IMG/VR virus record: IMGVR_UViG_3300033146_000601 | Coordinates: 1,621-65,620 of that record | Origin: a virus | Lineage: Duplodnaviria; Caudoviricetes | Reading direction: 5' to 3' (one strand) | DNA: 64,000 nucleotides | Shown here: in pieces, positions 38,617 through 48,633 of the stretch | Numbering within the stretch: the stretch's first letter is position 1 | Layout: every line of letters begins with the position of its first letter | Translations under genes and position numbers: made by a program | Notes under the pieces: model-generated | Seen by the model: only the letters and a program-made list of their open reading frames with translations | Told to the model about the DNA's origin: nothing | Databases searched by the model: none

Positions 38617-40569
38617 TTAGTCGTCTAGAAATTCAATAAATACTGAAGCAACCCGTTTGGTACCTCCACTATGGTTTTTAATATCAGGCATATGATATTC
38701 TCCAGTGTCCATTAACTGTTCAATTAAATCTGTTTTTTCACTTACATAATCTGATTTAACTGTTAAAAGTTCTTTAAGAGCTATATCGCAACCGCTAGTA
38801 GCGATGGATTCAGTTTCCATTTGTCCAACGGTTTGACCTCCTTTTTTAGCTCGTCCTTTATAAGGTTGCCCAGTAATAAATTTATATTTTCCTAATGCCC
38901 TAGAATGTATAATTTTATCGGCAATTTTATTTAATTTCATAATATATGTAGGCCCGCATAAAATATTTTTTAATGTGACATCTCCATTAATTGTGAAATT
39001 TAATTTAAAATCTAATTTGTCTTTCATATATAATAATAATTCTTTTTTTAATATTATATCTTCTCTTGGAGGAATAGATGCCTTCATAATATTTTTAATA
39101 TCAATTTCTTTAAAAGCTGGCGCTTCTATAAATAAATTAGAATCGTTAATATTTTTAATTAATTTTTGTTTTTCATCTTCATCAGTTTGAATAGTTTTGA
39201 TTAAATCTTTTACTTGATTATAATATTCTTCATCATTCAAATTATAAATAATATCATTATTTAATTTAGTCAAATATTGATCAATATTATCTGGATCATT
39301 TTTAATTTTAGATTCAATCGACATTACATTTTTACTAACAATACATTCACTAATTTGGCTAATATTCATTCTACTATATACACCAAATGGATTAAAAATT
39401 AAATCCAATGGCAATTTAGTATCTTTGGTCATAGGTCGCAATTCATCTGGTAAAATTAAAGATGTTACCCCTTTGCCTGCATATCTATTACATAACTTAT
39501 CACCGAATTGACATATATTATCATCAACCAATTCAATTTCTAATATATATAATGCATGTTTCATTGTTTCATTATTAGAAGTGATATCATTAGATTGATA
39601 TACTAATTGTTCTTTTGCAACTTTAATTGCCAATTGTTCAGTAAATTCAGTTTTAATATCATTAAATGTTGTGAATATATCTTGATCACAATAAGCATCA
39701 TATAATATTTGTAATATTTTTTCTAATTGAGGATCAATCAAATTAATTGTTTTATTCAATTTATGTATTTTGATATTATTAACAACTGCATTTGACAACT
39801 TAGTTTTTGTATCATCAATTGTATAAGATGTTAACATAGAACTATCTGATAAATTAATCAAATCAATAATATTCATATTTTTTACAATAGATAATTTACG
39901 TTTAATACTTTTTGAAGATAAATTATTAGCTTGATTTGGTTTAATTTGACTACATACGATTTTATTTTTAATTTTATCACCAATATTAGGAAAATATATT
40001 AATTCCGAATCAAATATTTTTCTTAACACTGTATGTTCAAAAATAGGAATTAATATGTTTTCTCGTAATTGAGTTTTAGCTTTATTACTAAATAATTCAC
40101 TTATAACTAATGCATCTTCATGATTATAACCGAAAAAATTAAAATATCCAGTCATAGTATTATATCCAAATGAGGGAACACCATTTTTAAAATCATTATA
40201 TGAAAATATAATATCATGTTTTTTAAAATGAGTATCCTTAGGCAAAGATGTTCTTAATTTAGATGTAAAAATTCCAATAGTTTGTTTAAATATTGGAATA
40301 TATCTAACATTCAATTTATCTAATTTTATATAATGAAATATAATAATATTATTATCATTATAGAGTACTACACCATCATCTTCAGCAATTTGAATTGAAC
40401 GGTGGGCAGTATTAGTTAAATTTCTATAATTATTTGAAATTACATATGGTATATCTGCATTTTTATGAACAAGAGCTTGACCTAATTGTTTAGTAGCCAT
40501 GCCAGATCTTGTTGCATCACAACTTCCAATAAATGGTAAACTATTTAAATTGATACTTGATATTCCCAA
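38617..40569 (-). CDS. RNA polymerase B, beta C-terminal part
   Basis: LPFIGSCDATRSGM, GYNHEDALVISE, GDKLCNRYAGKG, DLIFNPFGVYSRMNISQ, HSRALG...GRAKKGGQTVGQME, LKELLTVKSD. Confidence 0.93.
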   Translation of the reverse strand: MGISSINLNSLPFIGSCDATRSGMATKQLGQALVHKNADIPYVISNNYRNLTNTAHRSIQIAEDDGVVLYNDNNIIIFHYIKLDKLNVRYIPIFKQTIGIFTSKLRTSLPKDTHFKKHDIIFSYNDFKNGVPSFGYNTMTGYFNFFGYNHEDALVISELFSNKAKTQLRENILIPIFEHTVLRKIFDSELIYFPNIGDKIKNKIVCSQIKPNQANNLSSKSIKRKLSIVKNMNIIDLINLSDSSMLTSYTIDDTKTKLSNAVVNNIKIHKLNKTINLIDPQLEKILQILYDAYCDQDIFTTFNDIKTEFTEQLAIKVAKEQLVYQSNDITSNNETMKHALYILEIELVDDNICQFGDKLCNRYAGKGVTSLILPDELRPMTKDTKLPLDLIFNPFGVYSRMNISQISECIVSKNVMSIESKIKNDPDNIDQYLTKLNNDIIYNLNDEEYYNQVKDLIKTIQTDEDEKQKLIKNINDSNLFIEAPAFKEIDIKNIMKASIPPREDIILKKELLLYMKDKLDFKLNFTINGDVTLKNILCGPTYIMKLNKIADKIIHSRALGKYKFITGQPYKGRAKKGGQTVGQMETESIATSGCDIALKELLTVKSDYVSEKTDLIEQLMDTGEYHMPDIKNHSGGTKRVASVFIEFLDD

Positions 40570-40573
40570 ATTA

Positions 40574-40909
40574 TTAGTCCTTTTCTTCTAATTTAATTAG
40601 TTTTGAACAAATAATTTCTGGCAATTTTATAATTTTATTTTGAGAATCAACCACTTCATGGTAATGTAATTTACCAATAATATATATTTTAGTACCAATT
40701 GCTAAAGATAATGCAAAAATAGCATGTTTTTTCCACAATTTTAAATTATGATATTCAGTTTGGGTCACCATTTTATTATGTTTTTTACTAAAATAAGTTT
40801 CATTAGTCGCTATTCGACATTTAACACCAATTGGGTCATTGTTAATTTTCATAGGATCCAGAACAATATACCCAACTAAAATTACTTTATTTTCACAAGT
40901 GTAATCCAT
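40574..40909 (-). CDS. ssb: OB-fold single-stranded DNA-binding protein lacking the acidic tail
   Basis: NKVILVG...DP, IATNE, TEYHN..LW, GTKIYIIGKL. Confidence 0.8.
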   Translation of the reverse strand: MDYTCENKVILVGYIVLDPMKINNDPIGVKCRIATNETYFSKKHNKMVTQTEYHNLKLWKKHAIFALSLAIGTKIYIIGKLHYHEVVDSQNKIIKLPEIICSKLIKLEEKD

Positions 40910-40933
40910 AAAAAACCTTTTTAAGTTATATGA

Positions 40934-43900
40934 TTATAATTTATCTAACCAAATCTTTTCATATAATGTTAATTTTGTTCCAGTATTATCTGTTAAATAT
41001 GGTAATGATTTTATATTTGGTTGAAATAAACAACTTAATCTTGGACGTATATTATATGCCATATTAAGTTGTCCAGATTTATAAACTATTTTATTATTTT
41101 GATTATATCTCCAAAATACATTTGGGTCTTTATTAGTTAAAAACATATTAGCAAATATACATTCAACAAATGATGAAAATAATGTCCCAACTTCTAATAA
41201 ATATGACATAAGTTCTTCATAATATTCAGTCGGATGCTTGTTAATTATAGTTTGAGTTTTTAATATTTGTTTAATATGTACAAGAATAGCAATAACATCA
41301 TTATTTTCAACAGGATATTTAATTTCATCAAAAACAATTACATTATCATGGCATAACAAAAACCCTTCAATCCCATCAAAAATATTTACTGGATTACTAT
41401 CAAAATATAATTCACATTTACCATTAATGTTTTTAATATTTATTAAATGATCATGAATAAATTGTTTAACATTTTCATCAATATCTAAATTTGCTGCACC
41501 TGAAGTATGAAAAGTTCGCATAACTAATTGTGTTAATCGTTCTGATACTAATTGACCAGCCATAATCCCAACATAATTGGTTCGAAGCGATCTAGCACCA
41601 AAACATTTTTTACAAATTTGAAAATTTTGGGTTTGACATGTAATTGGTGATCTTATTGATATTTTTTTATTTATATATGTTTTGGCAGTATTAAAATCTA
41701 ATATTTTCCAATTACGATCATTTGAATAAATATCTCTATAATATTTACCAGTTAATGTTTTAGCATGTGTTTTACTAAACACAATAGTATCAATATGCAA
41801 ATCAGTTCCACAATCATTTTCAATAATTTCCAATGGGGATAATGCCATTGATAAAGTTCGTTGCATATATCCAGATTCAGGTGTTGATTTACTTTTATCA
41901 ACAACTCCTTTTCTAGCTCCCAAACTTGTTTCAAGAAAATCTGCTTGATTTAATCCTTTAATTAAATTTGATGTTATTGGTTTATTTGATACAATATTTT
42001 GTGCGTCGGCAATATATCCAATATTCATACATGTTCTAGCTAATTGAGATTTACTAAATCGTGATCCAGATTTAAATAATTTATATAAATCACAATCTTT
42101 ATTCATTTCTGTTAAACACTTATCAATTAATGCTTCATTAATATGTGTCCCAATATATGGATTATTTTTAGGTAAATTCATAAATAAATGTTCTATTTTA
42201 TCATTTAACATATTTATCATTTCATTAACATTAATTGATGGACAATGATCAGTACTACTGATAAAAAATAATATTTGTCTGTTTAAATTGTGTAAATTAT
42301 CATGAAATTTATCTTGATTGAATTCAAATATTATTTTACTAACTAATTCAGATTCAGATTTACCAATAAATTGATTAATTAATATTGAATCGAACCCAGC
42401 CCATTTATTAATCAAACACATCCCATATGAATATGTTTTATTAATAAAGTTAACTGGACAATCCAAATTATAATTCCAATAATCAAAATTTTCAGGTAAT
42501 AAGTCCAAAGATGTTAATTGAATTGGAACTTTATCATAATTAATATTAAATGAACTTATTATAAACATTCCATATAATGCTTCATGTCGAAGTGTAGCTA
42601 ACATTGTTTCATTAGAATCATATTTAAACTTATATTTCAAATATGATTTATCATGCATTTCTTTTAATGCTGATTGATCCGCAATTGCAAATAATGCTAA
42701 TGTATCCCCATCTAAATCAGCATTCATTGGAGCCAATGTTAATGGAGATATTCCAATTGTTAAATCATTTTTATCCTTATTAGGTAAAACTTGAACTGTT
42801 GGAATACTATGTGAATATAATGTAGGGGCTCTATTTAAAAACATCAATCGTTTTAATTCATATTTATCTTGACAAAACCACACCAAAAATTCTTGAAATA
42901 ATCTTTCATTTTCTTCATTTTTAATACCTTCTAATAAAATTTTATTAAAGCAATATGTATAATCATAATCTTTATATTTAGTTAACCAATACACAAAGTA
43001 TGGCCCCCATAATTCTTTTAATATATCATGAGGTGCCGTAATTTGATAACAGTTTAAACTTGGATCAATTTTAATAACTGATCTGGCTGAAAACTCTACT
43101 GATTTTCCTAAAATATTTTTCCTAATTATTCCAGGTTTGCCTGATAATAATTTATATACTTCTGCATAAATATTATTAATTTGTTCTTGATACGCACAAG
43201 ATTTAATATCATATTCAAAAAATTCGGATTCAACAATTGCCTGAGTTAATTGACCAGATTTAATCGTTATTCGAATTTTTTCAATAATTTGCGGTTCAAT
43301 TTCATGTAAATAATCTGCGAATGGTAAATTAATTTTATTACAATTTAATACTGATTTATAATATTTATTAATTATTGGAAATCGTTTTTTATTTTGATCA
43401 ATATCAATTGTAAACATTCGTGCATTTGGGGGTAATACTTTAAGTGATTTAGTAAAAATATTATCTGTAATTAATTCAGTAGCAATAGGGACATTTAAAT
43501 GTTTATGTAAAAATGTTAATCCTAAAAATAAAGTATATATTCCAGTAATTCTAAATGGGATTACTAAATATCCTTGTTCAGAATTTAATGTTTTTACAAT
43601 TTTAAGTTTAGTTTTATCATATTTTACAGCTAAATATCGTTTATTGATAATATTAACATCAGATTTTTTTGGGTCAATTATTAATTTGCATAATTGACCC
43701 AAATATTTAATAACCAATTTTTGTTTAGTTGTCTTAATATATGGAAATATAGTTTGAATTTCTCCAAATTGTGTAAACCTAAGGTCACTAGACCCACATA
43801 AAACATTACATTTTGGACAAATTTGGTTATCAAAATTAATACTATTATATTTTCCACATAAACATTGATGATCTCGTATTGGCCCAAAAATCACTTGTGA

Positions 43901-43987
43901 AAATAATCCATCTTGTGTTTCTCTATTAATTTGTGTTTTTCCTTGAAAATCTTTAGCATTGGTTACTAATCCACCAAGATGTGACAT
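40934..43987 (-). CDS. RNA polymerase B, beta' subunit (unsplit, compact)
   Basis: DGLFSQVIFGP..D..CLCGKY...CPKC, GKPGIIRKNILGKSVEFSARSVI, LNRAPTLY, NADLDGD, GARKGVVDK...TPESGYMQR, RSPITC...CKKCFG, TQLVMRTFH. Confidence 0.95.
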   Translation of the reverse strand: MSHLGGLVTNAKDFQGKTQINRETQDGLFSQVIFGPIRDHQCLCGKYNSINFDNQICPKCNVLCGSSDLRFTQFGEIQTIFPYIKTTKQKLVIKYLGQLCKLIIDPKKSDVNIINKRYLAVKYDKTKLKIVKTLNSEQGYLVIPFRITGIYTLFLGLTFLHKHLNVPIATELITDNIFTKSLKVLPPNARMFTIDIDQNKKRFPIINKYYKSVLNCNKINLPFADYLHEIEPQIIEKIRITIKSGQLTQAIVESEFFEYDIKSCAYQEQINNIYAEVYKLLSGKPGIIRKNILGKSVEFSARSVIKIDPSLNCYQITAPHDILKELWGPYFVYWLTKYKDYDYTYCFNKILLEGIKNEENERLFQEFLVWFCQDKYELKRLMFLNRAPTLYSHSIPTVQVLPNKDKNDLTIGISPLTLAPMNADLDGDTLALFAIADQSALKEMHDKSYLKYKFKYDSNETMLATLRHEALYGMFIISSFNINYDKVPIQLTSLDLLPENFDYWNYNLDCPVNFINKTYSYGMCLINKWAGFDSILINQFIGKSESELVSKIIFEFNQDKFHDNLHNLNRQILFFISSTDHCPSINVNEMINMLNDKIEHLFMNLPKNNPYIGTHINEALIDKCLTEMNKDCDLYKLFKSGSRFSKSQLARTCMNIGYIADAQNIVSNKPITSNLIKGLNQADFLETSLGARKGVVDKSKSTPESGYMQRTLSMALSPLEIIENDCGTDLHIDTIVFSKTHAKTLTGKYYRDIYSNDRNWKILDFNTAKTYINKKISIRSPITCQTQNFQICKKCFGARSLRTNYVGIMAGQLVSERLTQLVMRTFHTSGAANLDIDENVKQFIHDHLINIKNINGKCELYFDSNPVNIFDGIEGFLLCHDNVIVFDEIKYPVENNDVIAILVHIKQILKTQTIINKHPTEYYEELMSYLLEVGTLFSSFVECIFANMFLTNKDPNVFWRYNQNNKIVYKSGQLNMAYNIRPRLSCLFQPNIKSLPYLTDNTGTKLTLYEKIWLDKL

Positions 43988-44006
43988 TATAAATCCTTTT
44001 CAAATA

Positions 44007-44444
44007 TTAATTATCGGATTCTAAAATATTAAGTATTTCATTAGTTGCCATTTTATAATTAGTTTGGACTTTAGTATTTTCAACAATTAATGCTGATACA
44101 TTAGTTAAATTAGTTTTTTTAACGGGATTACATTTTTTTTCATGTTTATCTGTAAATTCATGTTTAGCATGTATTGCCAGATTATTTACTATGTAATTAT
44201 CATTTTTAATTCTATTCATAAATGAGACAGAGTGTTTAAATTTAAATCTCATAGTATCATGTCCTAACCGACTAGAAAATATTTTAAAAGCTATAAATTT
44301 TCCAAATCCTCGAATAGGACATGATCCTACAAAACAACTTTTTTGGATTATCATGTTAAATAAATCATGAATTAAATTAACAATATCAACATTTGGATAT
44401 TTTTTCATTAAATCATGCTCTATATCTGGTGGAAGTTTAAACAT
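44007..44444 (-). CDS. HU/IHF-like DNA-binding protein
   Basis: IRGFGKF...RFKFKHS.SF pattern. Confidence 0.6.
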   Translation of the reverse strand: MFKLPPDIEHDLMKKYPNVDIVNLIHDLFNMIIQKSCFVGSCPIRGFGKFIAFKIFSSRLGHDTMRFKFKHSVSFMNRIKNDNYIVNNLAIHAKHEFTDKHEKKCNPVKKTNLTNVSALIVENTKVQTNYKMATNEILNILESDN

Positions 44445-44474
44445 AATTAGTCCTTTGATTGTTTTTGAATATAA

Positions 44475-44945
44475 TTACCAAACTACACACAGACGTTGTT
44501 TATCTTTAATTAAAATATTATGCTTTAAAGCCATAATTGACGCAATGCCATTTTTAATATATCTAATATCAATGTTATCTGACATATCTGAAAACATTTT
44601 TATATTATCATAATCATCACTATTTATATCAGTATTAACTGGAATAAAATAAAATCTATTTTGCAACAATCTAATTTCTTGATTAATAGCAATAACTTTA
44701 TCTTTATGATTAGTCGCAGTAATAATACAATTAATTGGAGTTACATTTTTTTCAAAATTTATTAATATGTGATGTTTATTAATTTTTTTTTCAGAACATT
44801 CACATTTTGATTTTGATTTTTCATTAACAATTAATGTTTCTTTAATTTTAATCGGTTCAGTGTTTGGTTCCATATTTACCTCAATTTTTGTTTCAGATTC
44901 TACATCTTTAGCTACAAATGGATCTTCCAGATCATAATCAGCCAT
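44475..44945 (-). CDS. Hypothetical protein
   Basis: 156 aa, RBS AAAGGA, first gene after the 45008 promoter. Confidence 0.65.
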   Translation of the reverse strand: MADYDLEDPFVAKDVESETKIEVNMEPNTEPIKIKETLIVNEKSKSKCECSEKKINKHHILINFEKNVTPINCIITATNHKDKVIAINQEIRLLQNRFYFIPVNTDINSDDYDNIKMFSDMSDNIDIRYIKNGIASIMALKHNILIKDKQRLCVVW

Positions 44946-45007
44946 AAATAATTCCTTTGTTTAATAAATAAAAATAATTTAAAAAATAAAAAATTCCATC
45001 TTATAAA

Positions 45008-45224
45008 TATAATTTCTATATATATTATGAAATTTGAAATGTTCTTCCATATCATACATAAGTACAATATGGAAGAATTGAGATATTAATACCCAGTGGC
45101 AATAAATATCTCTATGGTTTCATCTTCAGTCATGTTTTTCTCCTTTTATTTAATTAAAAATTAAACATTTATACTAATATAAATGTTTTCATATATTAAT
45201 TATTTCTATATGAAAATGGAGAAT
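45008..45224 (-). promoter_or_regulatory. Two phage promoters upstream of the RNAP-B operon
   Basis: Cores at 45008-45022 and 45198-45211; the second has ATTC at N11. Confidence 0.65.
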
Positions 45225-45356
45225 TATTTTTCAATAATAGTATAAATTTTAGACAATTCTTTTATAATATCCTTAACATGTTGTTCTAATATACTTCTTC
45301 TTATTCGTTTTTCTTTTTGAATTTTTAATAACAAATCTACTATTAAATCTACTAAT

Positions 45357-45623
45357 TTATGATTTGTCTTCATGAGTGTCCCCAGTTCGAGTATTCCAAT
45401 TGTAAATGGCCTGGTTTATAGATTTTGACAAAGGGCCACTAGATTTGCAATTATCGCAATAACACCGATATCGAATAACATTTAACAAATTATATGGAGA
45501 ATATTGTTTTATTTTAATAACTAATCGATTACAAAATGGACATTGGAGTTTAGAAATGTTTTCCGAATCTACACTATCCTGACTAGTAAAAATATCAAAT
45601 AAACTACTATTATTTGTTTTCAT
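45357..45623 (-). CDS. Lar-family (restriction alleviation-like) Zn-finger protein
   Basis: CPFC...CDNCKSSGP...AIYNWNTR. Confidence 0.65.
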   Translation of the reverse strand: MKTNNSSLFDIFTSQDSVDSENISKLQCPFCNRLVIKIKQYSPYNLLNVIRYRCYCDNCKSSGPLSKSINQAIYNWNTRTGDTHEDKS

Positions 45624-45633
45624 AAAAATTCTC

Positions 45634-45846
45634 CTATCTGCGATTTTGTCGTTTTGATTTTTTTATTTGTTTTTTCTTTTTCTTTTTTTCTAACTTTTGT
45701 TTGTATTTTAATTTAGATTTCATCAATAACAATTTCTGTTTTTTCTTATTTTTAATTTCCATTTTTCGTCGAGTATCTTCAATTTCTTTCCAATTAGAAT
45801 TGAATGAAAAATTAGGATTTGCAATATCTAATATACCAGGTTGCAT
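45634..45846 (-). CDS. Small lysine-rich protein
   Basis: 70 aa, RBS AAGGA. Confidence 0.55.
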   Translation of the reverse strand: MQPGILDIANPNFSFNSNWKEIEDTRRKMEIKNKKKQKLLLMKSKLKYKQKLEKKKKKKQIKKSKRQNRR

Positions 45847-45862
45847 AATAAATTTCCTTTAA

Positions 45863-46462
45863 TTATAAAGTTTCACTTTGATTAAATAACTCATCGTTAT
45901 TTAATATATATGCAGTATTTATAGATTTATTAAATGGTAAACAAGGTTTTAATGACAAATATAATAATTCAATATCTTTTTTTATTTGAAATATTGTGTA
46001 ATGTTTTCGAATTAAATCTAAATTAATATACATATATAACCGAATATTATGATATACATTATAATTTAATTCATTATTTATAATATCACAAGTAAAATAA
46101 ATTTCCGAAATAAAATTAAATTTTTTATAAAATTCTAAAACATATTTGCTATTTGCAATAATTTTTATTTTTGGATTTAATATAACTAACCCAAAGTTTG
46201 AATTAATTACAGGAATATTAGATAAATCTATATTATCACTAGCTTTTAAAATTATATTTGAATTATTTGAAATTATTTCATTTGAATTAATTGACGGGCA
46301 TATACAAATAATATTTTTTGATTTATCAATATCGTGATATAATAATGATGAAAATTCAGAAGATTCAATTATCATTATGTTTTTATCCTTTCTTTCATCA
46401 ATTAAAAAATATGTTAAATTATCATTTAATAATTGTTGAATATTAATCCGTTCAAACAACAT
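45863..46462 (-). CDS. Hypothetical protein
   Basis: 199-aa ORF, RBS GAGG. Confidence 0.6.
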   Translation of the reverse strand: MLFERINIQQLLNDNLTYFLIDERKDKNIMIIESSEFSSLLYHDIDKSKNIICICPSINSNEIISNNSNIILKASDNIDLSNIPVINSNFGLVILNPKIKIIANSKYVLEFYKKFNFISEIYFTCDIINNELNYNVYHNIRLYMYINLDLIRKHYTIFQIKKDIELLYLSLKPCLPFNKSINTAYILNNDELFNQSETL

Positions 46463-46585
46463 AATTTAGAACCTCTTTTAAATTTCTAACATTGTTTTTA
46501 TAAAAATTGATGCTGGCACTTTTTTATAATATTTAATAGATTTTTTAATATACTGAATTAATTCAGTTTCCATTTTAGTTCTCCT

Positions 46586-47380
46586 TTAAAGTGATGATAA
46601 TGAACAATATGCATCATGTTGGTGAATAGATTCTTCATTACTTACTAAAACTTTATACCAATTTACTTTATCTTTAATTGTATGAGTTAAATCATCAAAT
46701 AATTCTCTAACCATATCTTCAACAAATTTAGGATTCTCATATGCTTGTTCAGTAACAAATTTTTCATCAACCCGTTTTAACACACTGTATATTGGGCAAC
46801 TTGCATTTCTTTCAGAAATTTCAATCAAATCTTCAATATAAATAAATTCAAAATCTTTAATTTGACATTGAATTTTTATTTTTGATCTTTGATTGTGAGC
46901 CCCATATTTACTTATTTCTTTAGAACATGGACATAAACTAGTTGCTGTAGTTTCAATAGTCATTATAAAACATGAAGTATTCCCATTTGAATTTGTAACA
47001 TCAAATGTAACATTATAATAAACTATTCCGATTTCTTCTGAAACCGGTGCAGATTTATTAATAAAATATGGAAATTTATATATTATCTGACATCGATCTG
47101 CTTCTGAAATGTTTTTAATATTTTCAGCAATATCATTAATTTTTTTAAGACTTAATTTGGTTGATAATTGTTTTTGTAATTGCTGAGGCAATCTAGACAT
47201 GTGTATACCTTTTTGATTACCAGCTAAATCTACAAACACATCAATGTCTGCAACAGTATGTTGATCTTCATTATTGTTTTTTTTAACAATAAAAATAGGT
47301 AATTTTAAATTTCTAATACCAACCGTTTTAATTGGAATATTTAATTTGGATGATCCATTTTGGATGTCTAACATTAACAT
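46586..47380 (-). CDS. folE2: GTP cyclohydrolase IB
   Basis: LDIQ, VGIRNLKLP, KGIHMSR, SLCPCSKEISKYGAHNQRS, LKRVDEK.VTE.AYENPKFVEDMVR, EESIHQHDAY. Confidence 0.95.
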   Translation of the reverse strand: MLMLDIQNGSSKLNIPIKTVGIRNLKLPIFIVKKNNNEDQHTVADIDVFVDLAGNQKGIHMSRLPQQLQKQLSTKLSLKKINDIAENIKNISEADRCQIIYKFPYFINKSAPVSEEIGIVYYNVTFDVTNSNGNTSCFIMTIETTATSLCPCSKEISKYGAHNQRSKIKIQCQIKDFEFIYIEDLIEISERNASCPIYSVLKRVDEKFVTEQAYENPKFVEDMVRELFDDLTHTIKDKVNWYKVLVSNEESIHQHDAYCSLSSL

Positions 47381-47577
47381 TTCCTCTTTTTTTTCTTAGT
47401 TATATAAATGTTATTAATCGCACTTCGAAACCGCAAATAAGTATGATGTTGTATTAACTGCGGGTAATTAGTATCAAATTCTGAACATACTCGACCACAT
47501 AAATATTTGCAAAAATTCGCATATTCTTCTGGGTAATGATAGTTTAATATTTCTAAATCAATATTGTCTTGATACAT
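47374..47577 (-). CDS. Hypothetical protein
   Basis: 67 aa, RBS GGAG. Confidence 0.55.
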   Translation of the reverse strand: MYQDNIDLEILNYHYPEEYANFCKYLCGRVCSEFDTNYPQLIQHHTYLRFRSAINNIYITKKKKRKC

Positions 47578-47610
47578 AAATTACTCCATTAAAATAATAT
47601 AAGTAAATAA

Positions 47611-47651
47611 AAAAAATCTCTCGTAGAGACGAGATTTTTTAGCAAGTAGCT
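47611..47651 (-). terminator. Terminator, copy 1 of a duplicated ~40-bp unit
   Basis: AAAAAATCTCTCGTAGAGACGAGATTTTTTAGCAAG(T/C)AGCT, also at 48089-48130. Confidence 0.75.
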
Positions 47652-48030
47652 ATAATTCCTTTAATCCTTGAACTACATGCAATGCCAAGTGCATGTATTC
47701 TTTAAGTTGTTTTGAAGGCACCTCTTCGTTTATGGCTTGCAATGTATCACATCCTGAACATGATCCATATAATATTTTTACAGTCCAATAATCAGTTGGT
47801 TGATAGCCTTTTTCAGCTATCACATATACTAACGACCCCTGATAATCTCCGTCATCTATTTCATGAATTCGACGCGGATCAGGATTATGATCACCATATT
47901 CATCATCATCAGTAATAGTCTCAATGATCATCTTAACCAATGAGTTATAATTTGCAACCCCCTCTTTTGTAATTTTTTTTTCTAATTTATGTTTATTTTC
48001 CATGAACCGATCAATAAATAATTGAATCAT
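47650..48030 (-). CDS. Hypothetical protein
   Basis: 126 aa, DGDYQG...YGSCSGCD motif, RBS AAGGAG, own promoter core at 48074-48088. Confidence 0.75.
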   Translation of the reverse strand: MIQLFIDRFMENKHKLEKKITKEGVANYNSLVKMIIETITDDDEYGDHNPDPRRIHEIDDGDYQGSLVYVIAEKGYQPTDYWTVKILYGSCSGCDTLQAINEEVPSKQLKEYMHLALHVVQGLKEL

Positions 48031-48088
48031 AAAAATTCTCCTTTTAAAAAATAATAAAACTATCCATTGGTCTTATAAGTTTCTATAT

Positions 48089-48130
48089 AAAAAAATCTCT
48101 CGTAGAGACGAGATTTTTTAGCAAGCAGCT
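48089..48130 (-). terminator. Terminator, copy 2
   Basis: Near-identical to 47611-47651. Confidence 0.75.
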
Positions 48131-48312
48131 CTTACGTTTGAATTTTACGTCGGGTTTTAGCTGCTACCAACCGACGGAATGTCTTTTGAGACGTTACTCT
48201 CTAAGGGATTCAATCCTTAAATTTTGTTGGGTTTATTCCCAATGCATTTTTAACCAACTATTACGTTGTTGGCAGGCTTATATGCATAAACCTTTTGATA
48301 CGCTTGAAATCT
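48122..48312 (-). ncRNA. Candidate structured ncRNA 3 (~190 nt) with a 3' pseudoknot
   Basis: Minus strand: ATGCAT/ATGCAT enclosing CCAAC-aACGTAAta-GTTGG; TTGGG-AATAAA-CCCAA; TAAGG/CCTTA; GTCT-CAAA-AGAC; CGTCGG/CCGACG whose loop AGCAGCT pairs with downstream AGCTGCT. Confidence 0.6.
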
Positions 48313-48603
48313 TTACCCGTGGGCACAGATCTCAAGGACGTTTCCTCTGCCATCATCATAAACCACTTTACGGGTTTTATGACCGATGACATGGAAAACG
48401 ATCATATAACACCAAACGGCCATAGGGCCGGTTAGTGTTACTTGATCGTAATCGACTTCAAGATTATCAGCATTTCTGCCAATAATCTCCTTGGCTATCC
48501 CCGGAGGGGTAACCAAGTTAAGTCGACCGCCAACGGTCTCAATTTCACAATCATGATACAATGTATCATTTGTGAGACTGAGATCGATAACTTTCAATCT
48601 CAT
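48313..48603 (-). CDS. Csx3/Crn3-like protein, candidate cyclic-oligoadenylate ring nuclease
   Basis: VTLTGPMAVWCYMIVFHVIGH...VVYDDGRG...AH parallels Csx3 VVISGRGPIWL...AH..AH...VYDPRLG...SH; 96 aa; own promoter. Confidence 0.55.
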   Translation of the reverse strand: MRLKVIDLSLTNDTLYHDCEIETVGGRLNLVTPPGIAKEIIGRNADNLEVDYDQVTLTGPMAVWCYMIVFHVIGHKTRKVVYDDGRGNVLEICAHG

Positions 48604-48633
48604 ACAAATCTCCTTTTCAAAGATTGCATATTA

